Origin: an uncultured Dehalococcoidales bacterium
GTDB taxonomy: Bacteria; Chloroflexota; Dehalococcoidia; GIF9; UBA5629
DNA: 64,000 bases
NCBI GenBank assembly: GCA_964400675.1
Contig: CAYNVO010000004.1
Span: 77,723-141,722, forward strand
Direction: 5' to 3'
The notes beneath the pieces were generated by a model. It was not told where the DNA came from and did not search any database. It saw only the letters and a list, made by a program, of their open reading frames with translations. A program made the translations under genes and the position numbers. This document shows positions 37,551 to 48,446 of the stretch, one piece after another (position 1 is the stretch's first letter; each line of letters begins with the position of its first letter).

Positions 37551-40067
37551 TCAAATCTGGTGACTTTCGCGGGCTATAATCTCGTTCTGTAGCTCTCTGC
37601 CGATGGCGGTGAAATAGGCATTGTAGCCGGTGACGCGAACCAGCAGATGCTTGTAGTTCTCAGGGTATTTCTGGGCGTCGCGCAGCATGTCGGCATTGAC
37701 CATGTTGATTTGCAGGCAAGTACCGCCGTTTTCTACGTAGCCGTGTAGGAATGCCTTGAACTTTTCCTTATGCTCTTGGTTGCGTATGAGCGAGGGATTG
37801 AAAGTGATGGTGTGGCTGGCACCGTTGGGCAGCAGGTTGTAGTATTCCATCCAGTCTCCATTGCCTAGAGGGGCTTTACCGCCAATGACTTTGCCTACCG
37901 AATTTACGTTGGCCGTCGGCCCGTTGATATCAGCACCGTTTGAGGGGCAGATGGCATTTGATAGGAATTTGCCTTTAGGCCTTCCGTCAGGACTTGCTGC
38001 CAAAATGTAACCATCGGAAATCCAGTAGTTCCAGCTAAGCATACCTGGGCGGAACTGCTTGCCGGTAGGTTTAGACTTGTATTTCCAGGTTTCCTCTGTC
38101 CAAAGTTCCATCACCTTTTTGCCAATTTCGTCAGCGGTGTCATCGTCCCTGCCGTATTTGGGCGTTTTATTGAGAGCTTGGGCTTGCAGCACCTCGCAGC
38201 CTGCCCAGTTGGCTTTCAGTGCATCTATTAGCTCTTTCATAGTGCAAATCTTCTTATCGAATACCAGGCATTTCACAGCCAGCAGGGAATCAACCGTCGT
38301 GGCATAAGTTACTGCTTCGAGCGTTGTGAAGCAGAGCTCGGCACCGCCTTCATTGATGTCCTTACCCTTTTCGGCGCAACCCTTGACTAGGCACGAGAGA
38401 TAAGGGGTTGGCAAAAATTTTGCTCTTATCTCGTCAGTTCTTTCGTAAAGTTCGGCAATCTTTCTGACTATATACTTAGTCTGGGCAACATAGGCATTCC
38501 AGAATTCTTCCCAAGTCTTGAAGCTATAGGTATTGCCTGTATCGAGACCCCATCGTTTGTGCAGCTCCGTCTTCCCTGTCATCGGGTCTGTGTAGGGGAT
38601 GAGGTCATATCCACCGGTAAGAGCCAGTTCCACCGCTTTCAAAAGGTTGAGATTAATGTCAACAGTGCCGGAGCGGTCGTTGCCGCACATTGTGTTTTCC
38701 AGGCAGCCGACCGGCGCGTAATCATAAACATTGTTCTGATTGATAAGTTGCTCGACACCGGCTGTGTTGGCTTCCCGCATCATTCCAGCAATGGAGCGTT
38801 CATCGAAATTTATGAGGAATGGCGCCCCCTGGCTTGAGGAAATCATGTCTATAATCTTGTCATAGAGCTGGTCGGGAGTATTTCTGTGCAGCCTAACATT
38901 TGGCTTTGGCTCCAAGATTGGCGTCAATTCGTCGATCACCTCGAGCATAGCATAAGTAAGGTCATTGGTCATGTCTTTGCCATCGGGGCCCATGCCGGAG
39001 ATGGTAACTACCTGTCCAAAGCCGGAAGTTATACCCTGGTTGCCACCGGTACGGATCATGGCATCATAGGCTGTGTTACAGTGAATCCAGAAGCACTTTA
39101 ATATTTCCTTGCCGAATTCTCTGTCCATACCCTCACCGATTGATTTTTGCCATAGTGGATATAGATACTGGTCTATCCTGCCGAATGAGAGGCCGGGGCC
39201 TGGATAGCTCTCATCGCTCATGATAAGCATATGGGTGAGCCACAGAGATTGCACACCCTCCCAGAAAGTTTGTGATGGCTCCCAGGGAACCATTTTCAAC
39301 ATTGTTGCCATCCGGAGTAGTTCGCCTTTTCTGGTCTCATCAGACTGTTTAGCGGCAAGCTCGGCGCAGACCTGACTGTATTGTGCTGCCAAGTCTTGAG
39401 CCATGGTTGCTGCAGTCAGCATGGCTCTGAGTTGCGCGGCCTTCTTTCCCTTCTTTTCAGCCTCGGGGAGTGCTTTATAGTAGTACTCGATGTCGGCGTA
39501 GATATTCTTCCAGCCTTTTTCGATGATTGTCGCGTAGTCAGGTATAAGATGACCGCTGGTGGCGCCGACGTTCCCATAGCCGTGGTTGTGAAGCCAAAGA
39601 ATGGCGGCTCTGACTCCATTTTTGCCATAGACCAATTTCCGATACTGCTTGGCCTCTTTTTTGTTGAGGCAGGTGGATGCCTGTAGATTGAAACGTGCCC
39701 CGGCAATAAGATCGCCGGGCAGAATCTCGTGTGGCATATAATGCACCATCACTTCTTTAATAAACCAGGCGTGGCGCTCTGGCAGGCTCCATTTCCAGAA
39801 ATCGGGGTGTAACTTTACCTTTTTCGCCGTCTGCTTGAAGGCACCGGTGAAGGTTGAAAAGAAAGCGTAAGTCTCGGGAACTATGTAGTACTGCCCTTCC
39901 TGAAACTGGAAGTCCCAGGGAGTTCCCGTAGTCCAGGCAGTAAACTCGTTGTTCCATCTGCGGTTGATGCCCTGGAAGTAATAGTCACGGAGCCATTTAA
40001 TTCGCGATGATAGATTCTTCGGTTCCTTGATAACGAATCTTGGTTTTTCAGGTATCGCTGTGGTCAT
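37551..40067 (-). CDS. Glycyl-radical enzyme (PFL2/eliminase-like) of unknown substrate
   Basis: GRIDQYLYP, Cys loop GCLE, Gly loop LLVRVTGYNAYF. Confidence 0.9.
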   Translation of the reverse strand: MTTAIPEKPRFVIKEPKNLSSRIKWLRDYYFQGINRRWNNEFTAWTTGTPWDFQFQEGQYYIVPETYAFFSTFTGAFKQTAKKVKLHPDFWKWSLPERHAWFIKEVMVHYMPHEILPGDLIAGARFNLQASTCLNKKEAKQYRKLVYGKNGVRAAILWLHNHGYGNVGATSGHLIPDYATIIEKGWKNIYADIEYYYKALPEAEKKGKKAAQLRAMLTAATMAQDLAAQYSQVCAELAAKQSDETRKGELLRMATMLKMVPWEPSQTFWEGVQSLWLTHMLIMSDESYPGPGLSFGRIDQYLYPLWQKSIGEGMDREFGKEILKCFWIHCNTAYDAMIRTGGNQGITSGFGQVVTISGMGPDGKDMTNDLTYAMLEVIDELTPILEPKPNVRLHRNTPDQLYDKIIDMISSSQGAPFLINFDERSIAGMMREANTAGVEQLINQNNVYDYAPVGCLENTMCGNDRSGTVDINLNLLKAVELALTGGYDLIPYTDPMTGKTELHKRWGLDTGNTYSFKTWEEFWNAYVAQTKYIVRKIAELYERTDEIRAKFLPTPYLSCLVKGCAEKGKDINEGGAELCFTTLEAVTYATTVDSLLAVKCLVFDKKICTMKELIDALKANWAGCEVLQAQALNKTPKYGRDDDTADEIGKKVMELWTEETWKYKSKPTGKQFRPGMLSWNYWISDGYILAASPDGRPKGKFLSNAICPSNGADINGPTANVNSVGKVIGGKAPLGNGDWMEYYNLLPNGASHTITFNPSLIRNQEHKEKFKAFLHGYVENGGTCLQINMVNADMLRDAQKYPENYKHLLVRVTGYNAYFTAIGRELQNEIIARESHQI

Positions 40068-40251
40068 GATATCGATCCCCCTTCAAAAGTTTGACTGGCT
40101 CGGCGCAACGAACCAGCGGCAAGAGTGCTGTATCCTTAGAAAACTATATCACAGGCAATATGAAACTACCAATAATGCTCCAATGTTAAAGCCTGAAGGG
40201 TTTGACAAAAACGGGCTTCCCGATTAAAGTGTGAATCGCCCGGTGTAACAG

Positions 40252-41400
40252 ATGCTTGAGTTTTTGACCGTTAACTGGCAGTGGATATTGCTAGGCTTAA
40301 TGTTTTTTGCTTTGCTGGCAATAGCTCTGCTAGCCAAGCCGGTTCGAGTATGGTTCAAGGTCACTGCTTTCATTTTGGACCTGGGTGCTAGCTACAAGCG
40401 GAATACTAAAATCATACCCAGAAGCATTCTTGTCTCCGAAGTCACCTATGGCTGCGGTAGCCGAGATGTGGTAGCCGATTTGTACCGTCCGGATGGCCGG
40501 GGGCGACATTCCGGTCTAATCCTGGCTCACGGCGCTATCAAGGATGGGAAAAATGACCAGGCGTTGAGGTTAGCCGGCCAGAGCCTGGCCCGCGCCGGCT
40601 ATGTAGTTCTGGTGCCTCAACTGGATAACTTGTGTAAGTTTCGGCTTCACCAGAATGATATAGATGTTTTGATTGCCAGCTTTCAATATCTTGCCACACA
40701 GGAGTTCAACAATGGCAAGATAGGCATGCTGGGCGTCTGTATAAGCGCTCCGCTGGTGCTGCTGGCTGCCACTGAGCCTGACGTTAGGCGGGGTTTAGCT
40801 GTTGTCAGCTCCTGGGGCGGCTTTTACAACATTAATGACTGGCTGCAGGCTGTTATAACGCGGCACTATACTGATGATGGTGAGCTTAAACCATGGAAAC
40901 CTCGCCCCGTTTTGATACAGGAAACCCCTAAATGGCTCATCGAGCTTTTGCCGAATACCTCGGACAGAGCCTGCCTTGAGAAGATGCTAGCGGGTGACTC
41001 GCCGGATTTTGTTAAGAGCAACCTTTCTCCTTCAGGACAGGCTATGTATGAGCTGCTTGCTAATCGTGAACCTGAACGGGCAGGAGAGCTCTGGGTAAGG
41101 CTCGACCCAGAAATACGCCAGACTCTTGATAATCTGTCACCACACACGAAGATTGGTCAGCTCAAAACAAAAATTGCCATTATCCACACCCTTACCGATG
41201 ATGTCATACCATGGGTAGAATCCTGCAAGCTGGCCGACGCTATCAATAGTGAGCACAAGGTTTATTTCAAGGTTTTTGAACAGTTCTACCATGTTAGCAT
41301 TGAGGACCTGTTGAAGGCGCGGATATCAAATCTCCACGATGCTGTCTCCGAGGCTGTCCAACTGTGTCTTTACATGTATTCTATCCTTTACCGGTTATGA
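40252..41400 (+). CDS. Membrane-anchored alpha/beta hydrolase
   Basis: N-terminal TM, DLYRP...LAHG, LARAGYVV, GVCISA elbow, IIH...DDVIP. Confidence 0.7.
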   Translation: MLEFLTVNWQWILLGLMFFALLAIALLAKPVRVWFKVTAFILDLGASYKRNTKIIPRSILVSEVTYGCGSRDVVADLYRPDGRGRHSGLILAHGAIKDGKNDQALRLAGQSLARAGYVVLVPQLDNLCKFRLHQNDIDVLIASFQYLATQEFNNGKIGMLGVCISAPLVLLAATEPDVRRGLAVVSSWGGFYNINDWLQAVITRHYTDDGELKPWKPRPVLIQETPKWLIELLPNTSDRACLEKMLAGDSPDFVKSNLSPSGQAMYELLANREPERAGELWVRLDPEIRQTLDNLSPHTKIGQLKTKIAIIHTLTDDVIPWVESCKLADAINSEHKVYFKVFEQFYHVSIEDLLKARISNLHDAVSEAVQLCLYMYSILYRL

Positions 41401-41475
41401 GGCTGAACGAAGTCTACAGTTGTGCCAGGCTGACCACTTGACATCGCCTATTAGAAGTATTAGTCTACTACCGCA

Positions 41476-41586
41476 ATGAGGACGCGAAAGTTCGACTGGG
41501 TCGCATTTTACGCACTGTGGGCACTCTGGGTGTTCCTCTTGCCATTCATGTATCTCCTGGCTGCTGTGAAAACTCGAAAGAGTTGA
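41476..41586 (+). CDS. Putative leaderless 36-aa membrane peptide
   Basis: MRTRKFDWVAFYALWALWVFLLPFMYLLAAVKTRKS, 9 nt after TTGACA-17-TAGTCT. Confidence 0.4.
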   Translation: MRTRKFDWVAFYALWALWVFLLPFMYLLAAVKTRKS

Positions 41587-41721
41587 AAGACACGAGTCCC
41601 GACCTTAAAAGCAACGGCGTATTCTGCTTGCAAAACTAGTCAGCAAGGCGCGCTATTTATGTGACAGATACACCTGCAGATATCGCGTTTCGGCAAATTA
41701 TAAGAGAAAGGAGCCGGGCAC

Positions 41722-42555
41722 ATGAAACATAAAGAGGGTAAATTCAAAGGGCTTAAAGGCTTTGACTTATATTACCAGTACTGGCTGCCTGACAAGAGCC
41801 CAAAGGCGGTGCTGCTGGTGGCGCATGGCCTGGCTGAACACAGCGGACGCTATAAAAACCTGGTCGATTACTTCGTTCCCAAGGGTTATGCTGTCTATGC
41901 CATTGACCACCGCGGTCATGGCAAGTCAGAAGGTGTGCGCTGCTACGTTGACCGGTTCTCTGATTACCTCACCGACCTGAAAACCTTTTTCGGTATAGTG
42001 CGCAAAGAGCATAAAGATGCCAAGATTTTCCTTGTCGGTCACAGCATGGGAGCGACGATTGCTACTGCCTATGCCGTCGGCCATCAAAAGGAGCTGGACG
42101 GGCTAGTAGTTTCCGGGGCAAGTCTTGTGGCAAGCTCTAGCGTGTCGCCAGTGCTACTTGCTATAGCCGGGGTAATCTCGGCGTTAGCCCCGAAGATGGG
42201 TGTAACTGTGCTTGATGCTTCTGCCATCAGCCGGGACCAGGCCGTTGTGGACGCCTACGTTAATGACCCGCTCGTATATCGTGGCAAGCTCCCGGCTCGG
42301 ATGGGTGCTGAGCTGGCTAAAATGTGGAAGACGCTGCCGGAGCAGATGCCGGAGATAAAGCTGCCTGTGCTGATTATGCACGGAAGTGCCGACCGTTTAG
42401 CTGACCCCCGAGGCAGTGAGCTGTTGTATGAACGAGCGGGCGCAAAAGATAAGACACTGAAATTATACGATGGTTTCTACCACGAAATCTTCAACGAGCC
42501 AGAGCACAAGCTGGTTATGGCTGATGTGGAAGCCTGGCTAATCAAGCACATTTGA
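41722..42555 (+). CDS. Lysophospholipase/monoacylglycerol lipase (alpha/beta hydrolase)
   Basis: HGLAEHSGRY, DHRGHG, GHSMG, HGSAD, YHEIFNEP. Confidence 0.92.
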   Translation: MKHKEGKFKGLKGFDLYYQYWLPDKSPKAVLLVAHGLAEHSGRYKNLVDYFVPKGYAVYAIDHRGHGKSEGVRCYVDRFSDYLTDLKTFFGIVRKEHKDAKIFLVGHSMGATIATAYAVGHQKELDGLVVSGASLVASSSVSPVLLAIAGVISALAPKMGVTVLDASAISRDQAVVDAYVNDPLVYRGKLPARMGAELAKMWKTLPEQMPEIKLPVLIMHGSADRLADPRGSELLYERAGAKDKTLKLYDGFYHEIFNEPEHKLVMADVEAWLIKHI

Positions 42556-42634
42556 CCTGACCAAGTCGCTGAGCCAGGTTCAAGTCTCGTACTACGTTGG
42601 TAAAAATCTCAATGCTTCGAACAAGGAGGAAAAG

Positions 42635-42964
42635 ATGGCTGATTGTCATTACCACAAAGAGAGCATCTCGAAGCTTGGCAAGTTGTATGAGCTGAAGCCG
42701 GAGCTTTTGCAAGCCTTTATGGCTTTCGATGGCAAGGTCTTCGCTGAAGGCGCCTTGAGCGCTAAGGCAAAAGAGCTGATTGCTGTGGCTTGTGCTCACG
42801 TTACCCAGTGCCCCTACTGTATTGATGGACATACGAAGAAGGCAAAGAAAGCAGGTGCCACGGCTGAAGAGCTGGCTGAGGCGATATTTGTGGCTGCATC
42901 CCTGCGTGCCGGCGGTGCTCTGGCACATAGCTGCATAGCAATTGAAGCCCTGGAAGAAAAATAA
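42635..42964 (+). CDS. AhpD/carboxymuconolactone decarboxylase family protein
   Basis: KELIAVA...QCPYCIDGH...AGAT.EE. Confidence 0.9.
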   Translation: MADCHYHKESISKLGKLYELKPELLQAFMAFDGKVFAEGALSAKAKELIAVACAHVTQCPYCIDGHTKKAKKAGATAEELAEAIFVAASLRAGGALAHSCIAIEALEEK

Positions 42965-43005
42965 AGCCGGAATTGGGCATTGTACTCAACTCTAGACTAT
43001 ACCTT

Positions 43006-44424
43006 CTAGCCTGTATTTTTAGCTCGCCGGATGATGTCCCAGTAGGCTCCTCGGCTACCTGCTTCTATCAACTTACAAAGGAAATCATCGTCAGCGTAGT
43101 TGTAGCTTTCCTTATCTGAAGGTGCAGCCAGGAACAGGAAACGAGGGTCGTCAGCAACAAGATGTTGGACTAAGGTTAAGGGCTCGTTGCCCAGCAATGG
43201 AGATAAATAGAAAACGGGCTCGGACAGTGAAGCTGTCACGGGGTGCAGCCCTTCGTTGCCAAAGCCGCTTATCACAGCTTTACCGAGAGGAGTGTTGGGG
43301 TATACCCTTACACCCACTGAGATTCCAGTCAATGGAATATCCAGCTCTTTTACCTTGTTGATTGTCGTGGTCACCGTTTGCTCTGTCTCGCCAGGTCCGC
43401 CTACGAGCAGGTCGAACATGAAGTTAATCTCTTCCTGGCGGAGAATGCTCACCAACTCGGCAATGTCTTTTAGTCTGTGCCTCCTGCCCAGCCTGAGCAA
43501 CTGCTCGTCGCATAGAGAGTCGATACCAAAGTTCACACCGGCACAACCTGAGCCTTTCATGAGCCTGGCAAGCTCGCGGTCGAATGATATCGGCGAGCAG
43601 TAGCAATACCATCTTAGCCTGTCATTTAACTGGTGCCGTATAATGGCCTGACATATTTCTTTGGCGTGTGTTATGGGCAGGTTGAATTCGCTATCGCAGA
43701 GATGTAGCCACGATATACCTTGTTCTGCAAGGTCTTGAAGCTCCTGAACTACGATAGCGGCTGGCCTAAAACGCACCTTTTTCCCTTTGGCTACCGGGTC
43801 AGCGCAGAAAATGCATGCTTCCGAGCAACCTCGTTTTGTCTCTACACCTACCATAGCACCCACCTGCTCGTATTTTCGGTTATCGAATAGTCTGCGGTGA
43901 GGCTGCGGAAAGTGGTCGAGGTCAACATCAACCCTGGGATTGCGCACCATCTTTCCCCCATACTGATAGACGGTATTAGGTAGAGTTGAAATGTCTTCAC
44001 CTGCGATAAGGGACTGAGCCAGGAGTAGTGTTGTCTCTTCGCCATCGCCATAAATTCCGATGTCGGCACGGACAACCTCAAGGACAAATTCGGGCATTAC
44101 GGAGAAGCCGATACCGCCAAGTATGATAGGCGCTGCAGTTAGTTTTTTGGTCTCCTCTACAAGCTCGGAAATCCACGGTAAAAAAGACTTTTTCGACACA
44201 AAGGATGAATCATCGACATTGCGCACGGTCAGGCCTACAGCCAGTGGCTCATTATTCCTTAGCTCTTTGATTATAGCCTTCCGCCAATCGGCTTCAAAAA
44301 CGAGGTCGAGGATGTGTATGGGAACTCCTGCCTGGTCTAGCGTTTCGGCTACATATTCAAGCCCCACTGGACTGACCGGGGGGCGGGTGACGTTAGTATT
44401 TATTAAGACAAAAGGTCTCATCAT
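43006..44424 (-). CDS. Cobalamin-binding radical SAM protein
   Basis: N-terminal P.GLEY/B12 domain, GDGE, ETKRGCSEACIFC, GGPGET. Confidence 0.85.
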   Translation of the reverse strand: MMRPFVLINTNVTRPPVSPVGLEYVAETLDQAGVPIHILDLVFEADWRKAIIKELRNNEPLAVGLTVRNVDDSSFVSKKSFLPWISELVEETKKLTAAPIILGGIGFSVMPEFVLEVVRADIGIYGDGEETTLLLAQSLIAGEDISTLPNTVYQYGGKMVRNPRVDVDLDHFPQPHRRLFDNRKYEQVGAMVGVETKRGCSEACIFCADPVAKGKKVRFRPAAIVVQELQDLAEQGISWLHLCDSEFNLPITHAKEICQAIIRHQLNDRLRWYCYCSPISFDRELARLMKGSGCAGVNFGIDSLCDEQLLRLGRRHRLKDIAELVSILRQEEINFMFDLLVGGPGETEQTVTTTINKVKELDIPLTGISVGVRVYPNTPLGKAVISGFGNEGLHPVTASLSEPVFYLSPLLGNEPLTLVQHLVADDPRFLFLAAPSDKESYNYADDDFLCKLIEAGSRGAYWDIIRRAKNTG

Positions 44425-44556
44425 AAAGCCTTCTAATTTACAGCGTAGCATGACAGGCATAGAGAAGCAACCGACTTACTGAAATCAAGACTATCAGTTG
44501 CCGTTCGTTTGTGCTATACTATGCCCGTTTAAAAATCATCTCGTCGAGCATGCTTT

Positions 44557-46059
44557 ATGCCCGGTAACGGCTACATCTTAGTTATCGACCAGGGAACCAC
44601 GGGGAGCGCCGCTCTTCTCTTCGATGAGGAGGGACAGGTTGTTTCCATTGCAGATAGTGAAATAACCCAGATATATCCTCAGCCCGGTTGGGTGGAACAC
44701 GACCCCAAAGAGATTTTCCGCACCTCGCTGGCAGTAGCCAGGGAGGCTCTCCAAAAAGCCAAAGTGTCCGCCTCTAATGTTAAAGGCATGGGCATCACCA
44801 ATCAGCGGGAGACCACCGTGGTGTGGGACCGCCGCACCGGTGAGCCGGTCAGCAATGCCATTGTCTGGCAGTGCCGTCGTACCGCATCGATGTGTGAGGC
44901 ACTTAAGCAAAAAGGATTGAGCGGGCTTATTAAGGAGAAGACCGGGCTGCCCATAGACGCCTACTTTTCTGCTACTAAACTCCGCTGGATTTTAGACCGC
45001 ATACCCGAGGGGCAGCGCCGTGCCCAGCAGGGCGACCTGTTGTTCGGCACCATAGATAGCTGGCTCGTCTGGAATCTTACCCGTGGCGCTGTACATATCA
45101 CCGACTACAGCAACGCCTCCCGTACCATGTTATTCAACATCCACACTCTTAAATGGGATGAAGAGATTCTTAATATACTGGGCATACCGGAGGCTGTTCT
45201 TCCCAAGGTTATGCCTTCCAGTCAGGTTTATGGTGAGACTGCTGCTGGGCTGCTGGGAAATGCTCGTGTGCCTCTGGGAGGCATAGCTGGCGACCAGCAG
45301 GCAGCACTGTTTGGCCAGGCATGTTACGATGCCTGCATGGCAAAGAACACCTATGGCACGGGCTCTTTCATCCTGCTCAACACCGGTGATAAGCCGACTC
45401 CTTCCGAGAAAGGGCTGGTGACAACACTTGCCTGGGGATTAGATGGCAAGTTTACTTATGCCATGGAGGGGAGCATCTTCATCACCGGCGCTGCCATACA
45501 GTGGTTGCGTGATGGCTTGGGCTTGATAAAAAGTGCTGCTGAGAGCGAGCCGCTTGCCCGCTCCGTTACTCATAATGACGGAGTTTACTTTGTCCCTGCT
45601 TTTGTGGGTCTGGGTGCTCCTTACTGGGACATGTATGCTCGTGGCACCATCGTCGGTCTGACTAGAGGCACCACTGCAGGACATCTGGCAAGGGCTACCC
45701 TGGAAGCCATTGCCTACCAGGTTCGTGACGTAATAGATGTGATGAGCGATGAAGCCTGTATTCAATTGGCATTGCTCAGGGTAGATGGTGGAGGCACTGC
45801 CAATGACTTCCTGATGCAGTTTCAAGCTGATATGCTGGGAGTACCCATTCAGCCGTCATCAGTGGCTGAGACTACGTCTCTGGGTGCTGCTTATCTGGCA
45901 GGCTTGGCGGTGGGCATGTGGAAAGATACTGCTCAACTCGCCCAAATGTGGCGTGCTGCTAAGACCTACGAACCAAACATGTCTGCCGACGAGCGGGAAA
46001 CACTTTATTCCGGTTGGAAACGCGCCGTGGAACGCGCCCGCGGCTGGATAGAAAGCTGA
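44557..46059 (+). CDS. glpK: Glycerol kinase
   Basis: [35 protein letters not shown]. Confidence 0.96.
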   Translation: MPGNGYILVIDQGTTGSAALLFDEEGQVVSIADSEITQIYPQPGWVEHDPKEIFRTSLAVAREALQKAKVSASNVKGMGITNQRETTVVWDRRTGEPVSNAIVWQCRRTASMCEALKQKGLSGLIKEKTGLPIDAYFSATKLRWILDRIPEGQRRAQQGDLLFGTIDSWLVWNLTRGAVHITDYSNASRTMLFNIHTLKWDEEILNILGIPEAVLPKVMPSSQVYGETAAGLLGNARVPLGGIAGDQQAALFGQACYDACMAKNTYGTGSFILLNTGDKPTPSEKGLVTTLAWGLDGKFTYAMEGSIFITGAAIQWLRDGLGLIKSAAESEPLARSVTHNDGVYFVPAFVGLGAPYWDMYARGTIVGLTRGTTAGHLARATLEAIAYQVRDVIDVMSDEACIQLALLRVDGGGTANDFLMQFQADMLGVPIQPSSVAETTSLGAAYLAGLAVGMWKDTAQLAQMWRAAKTYEPNMSADERETLYSGWKRAVERARGWIES

Positions 46060-46100
46060 GTTCATCTCATAGAATAATCCCCCTTTGGGAGAGAAACTAT

Positions 46101-47738
46101 ATGAAGAGAGATTTTGACGCCATCGCACGGGAAAAATTCGACTTGATTGTCATAGGCGGCGGCATCATAGGCACAGGCATCGCCCGTGATGCCTCTCTAC
46201 GCGGCATAAAGACTTTGCTCATTGAAAAGGAAGACTTTGGCTACGGTACCACTTCTCGTTCCTCGCGCTTGATTCACGGAGGTCTGCGTTATCTGCGTAT
46301 GCTGGAGTTTCACCTTGTGGGTCAGGACCTGCACGAGCGAGAAGTTTTATTGAAAATCGCACCTCACCTGGTGCATCCCTACCCTTTCGTCATACCACTG
46401 ACCAACCTTTATTACCAGATAACTCTGAGCCTGGGCGTGCGGCTGTATGATTTTATGGCTGCGGGCAAGTCTATGCCCTCCCATCAGCATCTGTCGCGGC
46501 GTGAGACTCTGGACATGGAGCCGGAGCTTGCGGAGATAAAGGGCTTGAAAGGTGCCATAGTTTACTACGATTGCCAGGCGCCGTTTACGGAGCGTCTGGG
46601 CGTAGAGAATGTGCTCTGCGCTTCGGAGCATGGTGCCACCATCATAAACCATGCTCAGCTTACCGGATTTCTCAGAGATGGTAACGATGTCTGCGGGATA
46701 GAAGTACTTGATTGTATATCAGGAGAGACCTACAAGGTGAAGGCGCGGCTGGTAGTTAATGCCGCCGGTCACTGGGTTGACTGTGTCAGGGATTTGCTTC
46801 ATGGCGGCCCTGCCAGCACGGTACGCCGAACCAAGGGCATACATCTGCTTACACCGAAGCTGACAAACAAGGCACTGGTTCTCTTTTCTCCCACAGATGG
46901 TCGCCTTTTCTTCGTCATGCCCTGGCTGGGCTACACTCTTATAGGCACCACAGACACCGACTATAATGGAGACCTTGACGCTGTTTGCGCTGACGAATCT
47001 GACGTGGCATATATGCTTAATGGACTACACCAGGCATTTCCCAGGCTGTGTGAAGAAGACATAATTTATACTACCGCCGGGTTACGTTCCCTGGCTCACA
47101 TTGGCGGTGAAAGGGCGTCGAATATTACGCGTGAACACAAGGTGCTTGACCATAAAGGGAGGGATGGAATAGAAGGCTTAATCACAGTGCTCGGAGGCAA
47201 GATAACCGCCTACCGCGCCGTGGCTAAGGATGCTGTTAACATGGTCTGTCGCAAGCTCGGCGTGAAGGCAGAGTGTACCACAGCGGAAGTTCCTCTCCCC
47301 GGGGCACCGGCTGTGCCTCAGCCCAGGGTGGCGAAAGCAGCTAGAGATAGCGACCTCCCCGTTGAGACGGTAAAGCACCTTGCCGACCTGTATGGCTCAC
47401 GCTTCTCGCAGGTGTTGAATTTGGCGAAGCGTGACAAACGAGCCGGTCAGCCCATCTGCCCTCACTGTAAGGATATTCTGGCGCAGGTAGAATACAGCGT
47501 AAAAGAGGAAAGTGCCCTTACAGTAAGTGACTTTATGCTGCGGCGCAGTGCCGTGGGATTTGAGGCATGTCAGGGGCTGGATGGCGTGGAGGCGGTGGCA
47601 AAAGAGATGGGGCGCCTGCTGGGGTGGAGCAAGGCTGAACAGCAACGACAGGTTGAAGCCTACCGCGCCCAGGCAGCGCTGGGTCAGCATTTCAGGACAG
47701 GCTCAAAGAAACGGCCGAAGAAGACCATCAAGGTTTGA
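46101..47738 (+). CDS. glpD: FAD-dependent glycerol-3-phosphate dehydrogenase
   Basis: GGGIIG, GTTSRSSRLIHGGLRYL, GTTD, GGKITAYR; start MKRDF. Confidence 0.92.
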   Translation: MKRDFDAIAREKFDLIVIGGGIIGTGIARDASLRGIKTLLIEKEDFGYGTTSRSSRLIHGGLRYLRMLEFHLVGQDLHEREVLLKIAPHLVHPYPFVIPLTNLYYQITLSLGVRLYDFMAAGKSMPSHQHLSRRETLDMEPELAEIKGLKGAIVYYDCQAPFTERLGVENVLCASEHGATIINHAQLTGFLRDGNDVCGIEVLDCISGETYKVKARLVVNAAGHWVDCVRDLLHGGPASTVRRTKGIHLLTPKLTNKALVLFSPTDGRLFFVMPWLGYTLIGTTDTDYNGDLDAVCADESDVAYMLNGLHQAFPRLCEEDIIYTTAGLRSLAHIGGERASNITREHKVLDHKGRDGIEGLITVLGGKITAYRAVAKDAVNMVCRKLGVKAECTTAEVPLPGAPAVPQPRVAKAARDSDLPVETVKHLADLYGSRFSQVLNLAKRDKRAGQPICPHCKDILAQVEYSVKEESALTVSDFMLRRSAVGFEACQGLDGVEAVAKEMGRLLGWSKAEQQRQVEAYRAQAALGQHFRTGSKKRPKKTIKV

Positions 47739-47774
47739 CACTCAAAGTCAAACTGTGCTAACTTTTTAACGCTT

Positions 47775-47846
47775 GGCAGCGTAGCTCAGTGGCAGAGCAG
47801 GGGACTCATAAGCCCTTGGTCGCTGGTTCAAATCCAGCCGCTGCCA
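47775..47846 (+). tRNA. tRNA-Met (CAT), elongator type; CCA not encoded
   Basis: GGCAGCG acceptor stem, D-arm AGCTCAGTGGCAGAGC, CTCATAA anticodon loop, GCTGG-TTCAAAT-CCAGC T-arm; TTGACA upstream. Ile2 not fully excluded. Confidence 0.9.
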
Positions 47847-47852
47847 CTTCTT

Positions 47853-48446
47853 TTATTTCGATTTTACTATTTTGGGAATTCCTATCCATCTTGGGGTTCT
47901 ATTCACATATTTAAGATAGGTATCACCATATTTTTCAAGACAGAACCGTTCTTCGGCAGGTGCACAGAGAATTGCAAGGATTATATGTACGATTATAAGC
48001 AACAAAAAAAGCCAAGAAGCAGAAGCAATGCCAATGCCTATGTATTGTACAAATACCCCGATGTATATTGGATGCCTTGAATATTTGTATAGTCCCTTGG
48101 TAATAGGTTCATCTATAGGAGTAGTCCTCCAAGATATTCTTGCAATCACACAAATTATCAGTCCCACTACGAAGAGGGCGATACCTGCATAAAGCAATGG
48201 CGTCCCCAAGGGCAGTGGCAGGAAGATGGAGTATATGATTAGAATAATCAAAATTGCCGTCCCAAAGTTGTTCATTATTTTTTCTGATTTGTTGGGTGGG
48301 GGATAGGCAGCCGACTTTTTGAACTGGGCTTTGTAGTCATACCTGAATATCGGCCAATCAAGAGGCACTACATGAAAAAACACCCAGGCTACCCAGAAAA
48401 TCCACAGATTCCATACGCCTATCTCAAAAGCTGGTATAAGTGACAT
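47853..48446 (-). CDS. Isoprenylcysteine carboxyl methyltransferase/PEMT family membrane protein (cassette 1)
   Basis: ITKGLYKYSRHPIY, EERFCLEKYG..Y..Y...TPRW. Confidence 0.85.
   Translation of the reverse strand: MSLIPAFEIGVWNLWIFWVAWVFFHVVPLDWPIFRYDYKAQFKKSAAYPPPNKSEKIMNNFGTAILIILIIYSIFLPLPLGTPLLYAGIALFVVGLIICVIARISWRTTPIDEPITKGLYKYSRHPIYIGVFVQYIGIGIASASWLFLLLIIVHIILAILCAPAEERFCLEKYGDTYLKYVNRTPRWIGIPKIVKSK

Noticed and set aside
37551-40067. Calling the GRE pyruvate formate-lyase (pflB)
   Set aside because: It lacks the adjacent Cys-Cys pair, and its activase has a ferredoxin insert unlike PflA.
256-47769. Many short antisense or off-frame ORFs overlapping long genes
   Set aside because: They lack motifs or RBSs and are expected shadows of well-supported genes.
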